Shown piece after piece: positions 8,976 to 17,006 of a stretch of DNA of 64,000 nt. Both the position numbers and the translations under genes were made by a program. Numbering within the stretch: the first letter of the stretch is position 1; each line of letters begins with the position of its first letter. Source of the stretch: an uncultured virus (IMG/VR IMGVR_UViG_3300027336_000062) (taxonomy: Duplodnaviria > Heunggongvirae > Uroviricota > Caudoviricetes); IMG/VR virus record IMGVR_UViG_3300027336_000062. One strand, 5' to 3'. The notes beneath the pieces are model-generated. The model saw only the letters and a list, made by a program, of their open reading frames with translations. It searched no databases and was not told where the DNA came from.

Positions 8976-9877
8976 GGAGCACCCGTCACGATCTCTTCAT
9001 TGGCCAGCTCGAGCTGTGCTTTCTTGAAGGCAGTACCCTGAGTTGTGATGTGATAGCCCATGGCATAGATCCGGCCGCGTTTATCCACCTTGTGAGTGAG
9101 ATAGAACTTGTTGCCTTGCTGTGCCATCAGACTATAGAACTCATAGCTCTGACGCTTGAATGCGTTCCACTGATCCGTCTGTTCCTGGTCCTTGAGCTCG
9201 AAGGTAGGCTCTTCCTCAACGGTGCTGAGGAAGTCTGTATCGAGCTTCAATGCCACCTTGTTCATCAGGTTGAGGACATCTAGGCAGATGTCTCCGTCAT
9301 GATGGTTGCCGGTGCCAAGGATCAAAGAATCATTGTGAGTCAGGTAGCCTGAGCTGTAGTTGTGGGTCAACTCCAGTGGTTCACATACCATGGGTGGCAG
9401 GTACTGAGAGTTCTCGATGAAGTTGATGAGGGTCTCAGGAAGAGGTATCCGAGAGACCACCATCAGACTGGCCATCTTGTCCTCTTTGCTGATGTCGAAG
9501 GCATCTGTTAGACAGAGCACTGCCATTAACTCAGCCACCGTGGTGATGGCTTCTGTTCTGTCAGAGAACTGAAGTCGTGATGCAACCTGAGCTGATACCG
9601 AGGTAAACAGTTCAGGCTTCTGCGAGTACGCAATACCTACGAAGATGTCCATGACTAGGGCCTGAACATCCAGGTTCTCAAGCTGGGCAATCCTCTTCAT
9701 CTTGGATTCGTAGTACTGGCCAGCTTTGTACTTCTCGACCAGCTCGACACCTTGAATCAGCTTGGCTTGCATCTCAGGATGACCTTCGATAGCTGTTCTG
9801 ATCTTGGCGTCGATGTGCTTGCGGTTGTATCTCTGCTCGTTCATCTCCTGGAGAACGATCTGTCTCATGGTTTCCAT
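8972..9877 (-). CDS. RNA polymerase II subunit 1 (N4 gp15-like)
   Basis: YLPPMVCEP, DxRGR motif (DKRGRIYAMGYHITTQG); GGAGG RBS; upstream of subunit 2. Confidence 0.93.
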   Translation of the reverse strand: METMRQIVLQEMNEQRYNRKHIDAKIRTAIEGHPEMQAKLIQGVELVEKYKAGQYYESKMKRIAQLENLDVQALVMDIFVGIAYSQKPELFTSVSAQVASRLQFSDRTEAITTVAELMAVLCLTDAFDISKEDKMASLMVVSRIPLPETLINFIENSQYLPPMVCEPLELTHNYSSGYLTHNDSLILGTGNHHDGDICLDVLNLMNKVALKLDTDFLSTVEEEPTFELKDQEQTDQWNAFKRQSYEFYSLMAQQGNKFYLTHKVDKRGRIYAMGYHITTQGTAFKKAQLELANEEIVTGAP

Positions 9878-9887
9878 TGATGTCCTC

Positions 9888-10259
9888 CTAGGGGTTGTAT
9901 TTGATGAGGTGCACTGGCTTCTTCAGCTGGTGCATGTAGTCGACCATGTGCTTGGTGCCATTAGACTGGCCATCCCAGAAGGCCAAGAGACCATCTGAGA
10001 AGTTGCCCATCTGGGTATTCCTGATGAACCCGGCACGTTTGCCCAGGCCATCCCAGTTGGCTGGGAACTTGTAGAGCTTGATCTTGTGCTCGGTAGCAAA
10101 CTGAACAGCGAGTGCATCTGCACCCCGTGCCATGCCTGAGACGATGCTCAAGGCCTTGTCCTGGAACTCCAGGTCTGACATTGCGTACAGCACACGGGTC
10201 AAGAGCTCGTAGTCTGCGAAGCCTCTGCTCCCAGCCACGATCAGTTTGAATTCGTTCAT
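9888..10259 (-). CDS. SLOG-superfamily (DUF2493/YspA-like) protein
   Basis: IVAGSR, IVSGMARGAD, ANW...AGFIRN..M, AFWDGQSNGTKHM. Confidence 0.8.
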   Translation of the reverse strand: MNEFKLIVAGSRGFADYELLTRVLYAMSDLEFQDKALSIVSGMARGADALAVQFATEHKIKLYKFPANWDGLGKRAGFIRNTQMGNFSDGLLAFWDGQSNGTKHMVDYMHQLKKPVHLIKYNP

Positions 10260-10286
10260 TGGTTTCTCCATGTTCTGGCAACAGCG

Positions 10287-10306
10287 CCAGCCCATGGCCG
10301 GAGGCC
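10287..10306 (-). promoter_or_regulatory. Virion-RNAP hairpin promoter
   Basis: Template (+) strand CCAGCCCAT-GGCC-GGA-GGCC; matches the other copies. Confidence 0.7.
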
Positions 10307-10346
10307 GAGACATGCTGTTGACTGTCTTGGCTGCGGTAGGTGTGAG

Positions 10347-10381
10347 AAAAAAACACCACCACTCCCGAAGGAGTGATGGTT
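10347..10381 (-). terminator. Rho-independent terminator after gp2
   Basis: On -: ACCATCACTCC-TTCG-GGAGTGGTGGTG followed by a T run. Confidence 0.8.
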
Positions 10382-10392
10382 TGGGGCTGGGA

Positions 10393-10665
10393 TCAGTCCA
10401 GTGCGAAGCCCGAGGTATCAGCAGGCAGCGCCGACTGGTACTCGATCTCCAGCTTGCTGAGGATCTGAGCAGCGCGGCTCGGATCTTCGTTCAGCCAGGC
10501 GAGCAGTGCCTTCTCGTTGCCTTTGCTCTCTTTGAGAGGGATAGCACCGAGTTTCTTGCGGCCACCATTCTTGGCAGGCAAGTAGAAGTTGAGGAAGCCC
10601 TGTGCCTTCCAGTTGTCGTTGGAAGGCGTAGCAGAGGCGTTGGTAACAGCTTGTTGAAAGGCCAT
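10393..10665 (-). CDS. ssDNA-binding RNAP II coactivator (N4 gp2/Drc-like)
   Basis: WKAQGFLNFYLP...RKKLGAIPL pattern; early position upstream of RNAP II; GGAG RBS. Confidence 0.8.
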   Translation of the reverse strand: MAFQQAVTNASATPSNDNWKAQGFLNFYLPAKNGGRKKLGAIPLKESKGNEKALLAWLNEDPSRAAQILSKLEIEYQSALPADTSGFALD

Positions 10666-10703
10666 GAGAAAACTCCAGTAAGAAAGGATTGAGGCAGGAT
10701 TTG

Positions 10704-10724
10704 CCAGTCCATGGGCGGAGCCCA
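10704..10724 (-). promoter_or_regulatory. Virion-RNAP hairpin promoter
   Basis: CCAGTCCA-TGGGC-GGA-GCCCA on the template strand, upstream of gp2. Confidence 0.75.
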
Positions 10725-10831
10725 AGAACCGGACAAGCAGTTGACCCCAAGAGTCGAAGAGCCGGCGAGGCTACCCGACAAGCTTGGGTGTTGTGAACTG
10801 TGAGGGTTCAGTGAATGGAAGAGTGGTGATT

Positions 10832-10984
10832 TCAACCACGCCAGGCGAGGAGCACACCAATACCTGCGAAGACCGCAAGTGTGGCCACAACGTAAAGAGC
10901 GTCTTTGAGAAGTTCTGTACGAGCAGCCTTGGCTTCATCAGCTGGGCTGTAGGTGTATGTGGAAGAGGTGTTGAGACGGGTCAT
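10832..10984 (-). CDS. Small early protein with C-terminal TM helix (50 aa, not in the ORF track)
   Basis: MTRLNTSS...ALYVVATLAVFAGIGVLLAWRG; AAAGAAAG leader. Confidence 0.55.
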   Translation of the reverse strand: MTRLNTSSTYTYSPADEAKAARTELLKDALYVVATLAVFAGIGVLLAWRG

Positions 10985-11002
10985 TAGAGATCTTTCTTTG
11001 GT

Positions 11003-11230
11003 TTAAGCATGCGCGTGCACATGCCAATGAGTTTGGTTGAAATGAGATACAGGGTAGAAGACCGCACGAAGGCCATGAGCAAGGAGAGCAGAGGTTGCAA
11101 TGAGCGCGGCATCATGGTCATAGGCCTTGTAAGTTATCTGTAAGGGAGTTGCTTCGAGCACCTTGTCGATGTGATCTTCAAGGTAGTAGGAGATGTGAAG
11201 AGGTGGATAGGTGGGATGAATCGAGGCCAT
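11003..11230 (-). CDS. Hypothetical early protein
   Basis: Tightly packed - strand early ORF. Confidence 0.55.
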   Translation of the reverse strand: MASIHPTYPPLHISYYLEDHIDKVLEATPLQITYKAYDHDAALIATSALLAHGLRAVFYPVSHFNQTHWHVHAHA

Positions 11231-11232
11231 GA

Positions 11233-11421
11233 TCAAATACTTTTGTAAATGGTTGAAAGGACAGTGTGGATTGGAAGGCTTTCGTCTTCCCCTTTTTCAA
11301 TAAGAAGAGCGCGGATAGCACTAGAGTAGTTACACACCTCATAGAAGGCTTTGTACTCTTCTTCAGTCTCAAAGGTGAAGGTGAAGCTGATTGGTGAGAA
11401 AGGTGGTTTTGTGACCAGCAT
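11233..11421 (-). CDS. Hypothetical early protein (62 aa)
   Basis: AGGAG RBS; FSPISFTFTFETEEE. Confidence 0.65.
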   Translation of the reverse strand: MLVTKPPFSPISFTFTFETEEEYKAFYEVCNYSSAIRALLIEKGEDESLPIHTVLSTIYKSI

Positions 11422-11424
11422 GGT

Positions 11425-11556
11425 TTACTCCTGGTTTGGTTGAATGCAGTCCAGCCGAACGTATTCAGCAATGACTGTGGAAGGCACCAGACGCAGCAGA
11501 CGAGCAGCTTCCAGTGGTGATAGCCCAGCCCGATAGGCTAGGTAGATGTTGGACAT
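11425..11556 (-). CDS. Small early protein, possible HTH (43 aa)
   Basis: MSNIYLAYRAGLSPLEAARLLRLVPSTVIAEY; downstream of a hairpin promoter. Confidence 0.5.
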   Translation of the reverse strand: MSNIYLAYRAGLSPLEAARLLRLVPSTVIAEYVRLDCIQPNQE

Positions 11557-11613
11557 TTGATGGGGAGAAGGTTTCATAGATGTCTCCGATGTAGAACAGG
11601 ACAGCTGTTCTTT

Positions 11614-11634
11614 CCATCCCATGCGCGGAGCGCA
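11614..11634 (-). promoter_or_regulatory. Virion-RNAP hairpin promoter
   Basis: CCATCCCA-TGCGC-GGA-GCGCA. Confidence 0.75.
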
Positions 11635-11762
11635 ACATATCGGTGATGTATCGGTTTGGGTTGTGACTTGGATGGAGGTAATGGGATGGAGGTTTGCAGT
11701 GATCTGATACCCAGATGCACGTAATCACTATTACCCTGAGCTGAGTTGGTACTCAGTCCAGC

Positions 11763-11784
11763 CTCACACATGCGAGGAGCGCAT
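11763..11784 (-). promoter_or_regulatory. Variant or degenerate virion-RNAP hairpin promoter
   Basis: C-ATGCG-A-GGA-G-CGCAT; loop-closing C-G replaced by an A.G mismatch. Confidence 0.45.
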
Positions 11785-11836
11785 CTCTTTCTACTTGGTA
11801 ATCTGACTATCTCTGATGTGTAAATGTGTAATGTGT

Positions 11837-11862
11837 AAAGACCTAAGCTCCCCGAAGGGAGC
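11837..11862 (-). terminator. Terminator-like hairpin after gp1
   Basis: On -: GCTCCC-TTCG-GGGAGC then TTAGGTCTTT. Confidence 0.6.
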
Positions 11863-11868
11863 GAAGGT

Positions 11869-12084
11869 TTACTTGGTGACAGCAGTGAGTTGTTTCTCGG
11901 TGACTCGTTGTTCTTTGAGCATGAGATTCATCTTTGCTTGACGTTGGATGCGAGCTTCGTCTGCGAAGGCACCGGCTGATTCTTCTGCCCAGGTGGACAG
12001 GTGAACAGCAGCATTGGCAGTCTTCTCGAGTGCGATGAAGTAGGAAGTGATAGCGGCGAACAGTTGCTTGAACATTGCGAACAT
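11869..12084 (-). CDS. First early gene (gp1 position of N4-like phages)
   Basis: AAGGAG RBS; first ORF after the outermost hairpin promoter. Confidence 0.75.
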   Translation of the reverse strand: MFAMFKQLFAAITSYFIALEKTANAAVHLSTWAEESAGAFADEARIQRQAKMNLMLKEQRVTEKQLTAVTK

Positions 12085-12122
12085 GATGGAGACTCCTTGA
12101 GGTTAATGGATGGGGTACGTAC

Positions 12123-12142
12123 CCAATACATGCGCGGAGCGC
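12123..12142 (-). promoter_or_regulatory. Outermost virion-RNAP hairpin promoter
   Basis: CCAATACAT-GCGC-GGA-GCGC, next to a G10 tract. Confidence 0.75.
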
Positions 12143-12271
12143 TAATGGGGGGGGGGTAGTTGGAGAAATCAGCCCAGGGGCTGATAGTCCTACCTTCGTA
12201 CCCCTCTGCAAAAAATCCCAAAACCCCACTGCCTATTTTTTAAGCAGTATTTTCTGTACAATCCGACCCAT

Positions 12272-12356
12272 GGATGCGTAGACCCGTAAGGAGCGGGAGC
12301 TGCCTGTAAAGCAGTTGTCTATGGCCCACTTGGCTCGATACCAAGAGCATCCACCA
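12272..12356 (+). tRNA. tRNA-Tyr(GTA)
   Basis: Acceptor GGATGC/GCATCC + A73 + encoded CCA; D stem CCCG/CGGG; anticodon arm GCTGC-CTGTAAA-GCAGT; long variable arm; T arm CTTGG-CTCGATA-CCAAG. Confidence 0.85.
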
Positions 12357-12481
12357 ATTCCCCAGTAAATGTGAAGGGATTGGTTTCTCCATAAAATGCG
12401 GCTTGTCCGCTCCCCCCACCCCCGGTTCCCATGGCTTCGCCCCTTTTATATATAAGGGTTCGACTCTTGTAAGTTTTATGT

Positions 12482-12507
12482 AAGGCTCCTTTATAGGGGC
12501 CTTTTTT
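12482..12507 (+). terminator. Rho-independent terminator downstream of the tRNA
   Basis: AAGGCTCCT-TTAT-AGGGGCC-TTTTTT. Confidence 0.7.
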
Positions 12508-12559
12508 ATTTGGTTCTACTATACTCAGCCTATACGCTAACTAAAAGGAAGAAGGCTGT

Positions 12560-12949
12560 GTGAAGAAGCAAAGCTTTAAGTGGTTGGACAGAAGGATCTC
12601 TGCTCCTGGGCCTCATCTTTGTCTATGCCTTTCAGAAGCTGAGTACAAGAAGGCCATGAAACATCTGAAGATCGAAGACTCCCCACGATGGATTTCTAAT
12701 GACCATGCCAATGCCACCGCTCATAACATTTTCTCAAGCAGAGGATTGGTTTGCGTCGTGTGCTTGGGTGATTGCTCTGGCCGCAATGCTATTGAGATCG
12801 CTGGGCTGTTGATCCATGAAGCGGTACACGCATGGCAAGAGTGGTGCGATTACTATGGGGAAAAGAATCCAGGAAGTGAGCAAGAGGCGTATGCCGTTCA
12901 AAGCATTGCTCAAGAACTATTGGCTGAGTACGCAAGGAGAATTTCATGA
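12560..12949 (+). CDS. Hypothetical protein with HExxH motif
   Basis: LIHEAVHAW...EQEAY; AAGGAAG RBS with GTG start. Confidence 0.7.
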   Translation: MKKQSFKWLDRRISAPGPHLCLCLSEAEYKKAMKHLKIEDSPRWISNDHANATAHNIFSSRGLVCVVCLGDCSGRNAIEIAGLLIHEAVHAWQEWCDYYGEKNPGSEQEAYAVQSIAQELLAEYARRIS

Positions 12950-13638
12950 GTGCATTGACTATTGACCAGTTCAAACAGGCTCTTCCTGACAAGGTGAAGA
13001 AGAGCATCAACCAGGAGTTGATTGACCAGATCAATACGACTCTTTCTGATCCCGAGATGTTTGAGAGTTACAGGGAGAACCTGCTGAGCTACACCAAGGT
13101 GATGGCTGATGGCCGGTTCAAGGTGGATTCGTATGTCCAGGCCGTGAAGTACGTGAGCCACAAGCTGATGGGGTGCACGAACATCGAGGCTTACACGAAG
13201 ACCTTTCCTGACAAGTACGCCCGGTTCGTGGCTCAGGGTGTTCAGGCCAAGGACATTGCCAGCTATGTGACGGCGTACAACAAATCCAAGCTCGTGAACC
13301 TGATCTTTGAGCAGACGCTAATTCCCAGCTATGTGCTGAACCAGGATCTGTACCAGAGGGCGCTGAATGTGCAGGCCGATCTGATGGTGAACAGTGGGAG
13401 CGACAAGGTGCGGTGTGATGCCGCCAACAGTCTGCTGACCCATTTGAAGATGCCCGAGACCCAAAAGGTGGAGCTCGAGATCGGGGTCAAAGAGGATTCC
13501 AGTATTTCTCAACTGCGGCAGGCCACTTTGGAATTGGCTCGTCAGCAGAGGCTTGCGCTTGAGGCCGGTGCGATGAATGCACAGGAGGTGGCTCACGCAA
13601 GAATCGTCATTGATGTAGATGCACAAGAGGTGACTTGA
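12946..13638 (+). CDS. N4 gp69-like protein (candidate terminase small subunit)
   Basis: LT..QFK.ALP..K, AVKYVSHKLMG and SDKVRCDAANSLLTHL; upstream of terL. Confidence 0.8.
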   Translation: MSALTIDQFKQALPDKVKKSINQELIDQINTTLSDPEMFESYRENLLSYTKVMADGRFKVDSYVQAVKYVSHKLMGCTNIEAYTKTFPDKYARFVAQGVQAKDIASYVTAYNKSKLVNLIFEQTLIPSYVLNQDLYQRALNVQADLMVNSGSDKVRCDAANSLLTHLKMPETQKVELEIGVKEDSSISQLRQATLELARQQRLALEAGAMNAQEVAHARIVIDVDAQEVT

Positions 13639-13847
13639 TGAACAACTTTGAGATTGGTTGCTACAGCGCCTTGTGCGCTTCTGTCATTGGTGGTTTTTGG
13701 GGAGTAGTCATTGCCCTCATTGATGTCCAATGGGGTGTCTGTATTGGCTTTTCTCTGTTTTTGTTCTGTTACGTGATCCTGTACAACAACGCCAGGTATT
13801 CGGACGAAGAAATGGATGAGCATGAAAAGAGATTCAATGACGTTTGA
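13635..13847 (+). CDS. Small two-TM membrane protein
   Basis: Two hydrophobic segments and an acidic tail; GAGG RBS. Confidence 0.55.
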   Translation: MMNNFEIGCYSALCASVIGGFWGVVIALIDVQWGVCIGFSLFLFCYVILYNNARYSDEEMDEHEKRFNDV

Positions 13848-15450
13848 TCCTGTAGCAGAAGCACTGGCTCCGTGGAAGGTTGAGGATTATCTCAACGCCA
13901 CGGATTACCAGCTCAATCCGAACTATGTGCCGAGTGAGTTTGCACTGGAGTTCGTGACGTTCATCAAGCTGGTCAATGGCCAGCAAGGTGAGGAGCACAA
14001 GACTCCGCTGGTTCACTACAGGATGCTCGACACCCTGACCGAGGGTGGCAAGCGTGTGATCAACCTCTGTCACCGAGGTATTGCCAAGACCACGGTGATG
14101 GGTGAGTACCTGTTCCTGTTCATTGCCACCTATGGAGAGATCCCTGGTTTCGGTAGGTTGGACCTGGCGCTTTATGTGTCCGACTCGATCGAGAACGGTG
14201 TCAAGAACATGCGGAAGAACTTGGAGTTCCGCTGGGACAACAGCGACTTCTTGAAGCAGTACATCCCCGAGATCCGGTTCACCGACATCCGCTGGGAGTT
14301 CAAGAACGCTGACGGCAAGGTGTTTATCGTCAAGGGCTACGGTGCCAAGACCGGTGTCCGGGGTGCCAAGGAAATGGGTAAGCGTCCTCAGCTGGCGGTG
14401 CTCGATGACTTGATCTCCGATGAGGATGCACGGTCGACCACGGTGATTGCTGCGGTGGAGGACACGGTTTACAAGGCAGTCAACTACGCCTTGCACCCGA
14501 CCAAGAACATGATCATCTGGTCTGGCACACCGTTCAATGCGAAGGATCCGCTGTACAAGGCAGTCGAGTCCGGAGCCTGGGCGGTCAACGTCTTCCCAGT
14601 GTGCGAGCAGTTTCCGTGCGAGCGATCGGAGTTCCGTGGCTCATGGCCTGATCGATTCACGTTTGACTACGTGAAGGAGCAGTACGACAACGCTGTGAAG
14701 CTGGGCAAGGTCGAGACGTTCAACCAGGAACTGATGCTGCGAATCATGTCCGAAGAAGACAGAATGATTCAGGACGGCGACATTGGTTGGTACAAAATCG
14801 ACGCTGTGCTGCGGAACAAGAGCAAGTTCAACTTCTACATCACCACTGACTTTGCCACTTCGCTGAAGGACAAAGCCGACTTCTCGGTGATCAGTGTTTG
14901 GGCGTACAACAACGTGGGCGATTGGCTCTGGGTTGATGGAGTCTGCAAGCGCCAGCTCATGGACAAGAATATCGATGCACTCTTCCGACTTGCTCAACTC
15001 TACAAGCCCCAGTCCGTGGGTATTGAGGTTACTGGTCAGCAGGGTGGATTCATCCAATGGATCCAGGGACAAATGTTGGACCGGAACATTTACTTCCCTC
15101 TTGCATCGGAAGGAAATGACAGCAAACCCGGAATCCGACCCAACACCAACAAGATGGTTCGTTTTAACACCGTGGTTCCTTTGTTCAAGGCACGCAAAGT
15201 CTTCTTCCCGATAGAACGGAAGCAGGAAGATACAATGCTGGAAGCCATGAATGAACTGAGCCTGGTTTCTGTTTCTGGCTTCAGAAGTAAGCACGATGAC
15301 TTCCTCGACACGATCTCGATGCTGTCGTCACTTAATCCATGGAAACCATCGGAAGAAGCCCCAATGGTCGAATCAGGAAAAGGTGAGGGAATGTGGGACA
15401 TCGATGTCGATGACTCTCCCATTGACCGAATGGCGTCATACATCGTTTAA
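13837..15450 (+). CDS. terL: Terminase large subunit (N4 gp68-like)
   Basis: CHRGIAKTT ATPase motif, LAVLDD Walker B, GTP, nuclease TTDFA...KADFS and KHDDFLD. Confidence 0.95.
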   Translation: MTFDPVAEALAPWKVEDYLNATDYQLNPNYVPSEFALEFVTFIKLVNGQQGEEHKTPLVHYRMLDTLTEGGKRVINLCHRGIAKTTVMGEYLFLFIATYGEIPGFGRLDLALYVSDSIENGVKNMRKNLEFRWDNSDFLKQYIPEIRFTDIRWEFKNADGKVFIVKGYGAKTGVRGAKEMGKRPQLAVLDDLISDEDARSTTVIAAVEDTVYKAVNYALHPTKNMIIWSGTPFNAKDPLYKAVESGAWAVNVFPVCEQFPCERSEFRGSWPDRFTFDYVKEQYDNAVKLGKVETFNQELMLRIMSEEDRMIQDGDIGWYKIDAVLRNKSKFNFYITTDFATSLKDKADFSVISVWAYNNVGDWLWVDGVCKRQLMDKNIDALFRLAQLYKPQSVGIEVTGQQGGFIQWIQGQMLDRNIYFPLASEGNDSKPGIRPNTNKMVRFNTVVPLFKARKVFFPIERKQEDTMLEAMNELSLVSVSGFRSKHDDFLDTISMLSSLNPWKPSEEAPMVESGKGEGMWDIDVDDSPIDRMASYIV

Positions 15451-15459
15451 GGAATGCCC

Positions 15460-16206
15460 ATGAAACTTCAAGAAGTCTTTGACCAGCTCACGCATGGCGA
15501 GCTATCCCAACTCAGCATCGGCGGCAATGAAGCAGGGGTGATTGCTCCTGCAAACTACAACCGTTTGGTTCCACATGTGAACCTGGGCCTGACGGCGCTG
15601 TACAAGCGATTTCCTCTGAAAGAAGGTCGTTTGATCTTGGAACTGCAGAGTGGTCGAACCACGTACCCGATCCACAGCAACTATGCCGTGAGCAGCCGGA
15701 CTTCCAGAGAGACGGTTCGCTACATCAAGGACAGCACTGCGGCTCCGTTCAAGGATGACATCCACAAGATCGAACGGGTGTACACCAGCCTGGGCCATGA
15801 GTTTGGCTTGAACGATGAGGCCGATCCTTACGGGATGTTCACGCCCAGTGCGGCGGTTCTGCGTGTGCCGGCCGACGTAGCTGCTCAGGTGATTGGTTTG
15901 CCGGATGAGCTGAAGTCTCCCCGTGTGGAGCTGGTCTACCGAGCCAACCATCCTCTGATCATCGCTGATGGTGCAGATCTGGAGCCCGATTCCCTGGAGC
16001 TCGAGTTGCCCTACAGCCACTTGGAGCCTCTCCTGTTCTACATCGCCAGCCGTGTGCACACACCGACCGGCATGACGAACGAGACAAACATGGGGAACAC
16101 CTACTTCGCCAAGTACGAGGCATCGTGCCAGCAGCTGGAGTTGGTCAACCTGCGTGTTGATCAAGGTGGTCAAGCCGACCGCATCTCTCGCAACGGCTGG
16201 GTCTAA
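15460..16206 (+). CDS. N4 gp67-like virion structural (adaptor) protein
   Basis: MKL.EVF..L..GELS, NLGLTALYKRF, LELP....L..YIASR; directly after terL. Confidence 0.8.
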   Translation: MKLQEVFDQLTHGELSQLSIGGNEAGVIAPANYNRLVPHVNLGLTALYKRFPLKEGRLILELQSGRTTYPIHSNYAVSSRTSRETVRYIKDSTAAPFKDDIHKIERVYTSLGHEFGLNDEADPYGMFTPSAAVLRVPADVAAQVIGLPDELKSPRVELVYRANHPLIIADGADLEPDSLELELPYSHLEPLLFYIASRVHTPTGMTNETNMGNTYFAKYEASCQQLELVNLRVDQGGQADRISRNGWV

Positions 16207-16215
16207 GGAGAAACC

Positions 16216-16500
16216 ATGGCCGAGCGTGATCCCCGTCTTGAGCGTGCTGGTGTTTCTGGTTTCAACAAGCCAAAGCGAACGCCTGGCCATCCGACCAAGA
16301 GCCACGTTGTCGTGGCCAAGTCAGGTGTGCAGGTCAAGACGATCCGCTTTGGCCAACAAGGTGTTTCAGGCAGTCCCAAGAAAGATGGGGAGTCTGATTC
16401 CTACCGCAAGCGCCGTGAATCTTTCAAAGCCCGACATGCCAGCAACATTGCCAAAGGCAAAATGAGTGCGGCTTACTGGGCTGACAAAGTGAAGTGGTAA
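16216..16500 (+). CDS. Small basic conserved hypothetical protein
   Basis: NKPKRTP..KSHVV...IRFGQQG...RR.SFKARH...SAAYWA; AAGGAG RBS. Confidence 0.8.
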   Translation: MAERDPRLERAGVSGFNKPKRTPGHPTKSHVVVAKSGVQVKTIRFGQQGVSGSPKKDGESDSYRKRRESFKARHASNIAKGKMSAAYWADKVKW

Positions 16501-16505
16501 AAGAA

Positions 16506-16526
16506 AAGGCCCCTGATTGGGGCCTT
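16506..16526. terminator. Hairpin between convergent genes (probably bidirectional terminator)
   Basis: AAGGCCCC-TGATT-GGGGCCTT with an A-rich left flank. Confidence 0.65.
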
Positions 16527-16529
16527 GGT

Positions 16530-16949
16530 TTATTTTCCGGAAGATCCGAATCCTCCTGATCCACGGTCGGTCTCATCAAGAGAATCGACCAGTTCCAGCG
16601 TCACATCCGCAACCGGAACAATCATGAATTGAAGGATTCGATCTCCAGCTTCCCAGTGAAATGGGATGCCAGACTTGGTTCGTAAGGCAGCTTTCCACTC
16701 GCCGCGATAATCCGAGTCGATGACGCCACAGGTGTTGTTGAGTTCCATTCCGTGCTTGGCTCCGGTACTGGAACGCGGCAGCAAAAGACCGATATGGCCG
16801 GGGGGAACTGCAGCTGCAAACCCTAGTCCGACCATCTGAGTTGCCGCAGTTGCGGTGCCAGCATTGGGCATGAATACATCAAAGGCTCCTGCTTTGTCAG
16901 TTGCCTTTGTTGGCATAATGAATGCCTGATGAAGAGATTGAATGTGCAT
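16530..16949 (-). CDS. dut: dUTPase (trimeric type)
   Basis: AGAFD, PRSS, GVIDSDYRGE, GDRILQ, RGSGGFGSSG. Confidence 0.95.
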   Translation of the reverse strand: MHIQSLHQAFIMPTKATDKAGAFDVFMPNAGTATAATQMVGLGFAAAVPPGHIGLLLPRSSTGAKHGMELNNTCGVIDSDYRGEWKAALRTKSGIPFHWEAGDRILQFMIVPVADVTLELVDSLDETDRGSGGFGSSGK

Positions 16950-17006
16950 TCTGTTGCTCTTTTGAGTTGATGGGGTGTTTACCGCTATTCGGAGAACGAC
17001 TTAATT

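Noticed and set aside
12445..12470. AAGGG-TTCGACT-CTT T-arm-like sequence suggesting a second tRNA
   Set aside because: No acceptor, D or anticodon arms can be built around it
13837..15450. Introns or inteins in terminase, RNR, ThyX or helicase
   Set aside because: All are continuous, of normal length, with no splice motifs or homing endonucleases seen
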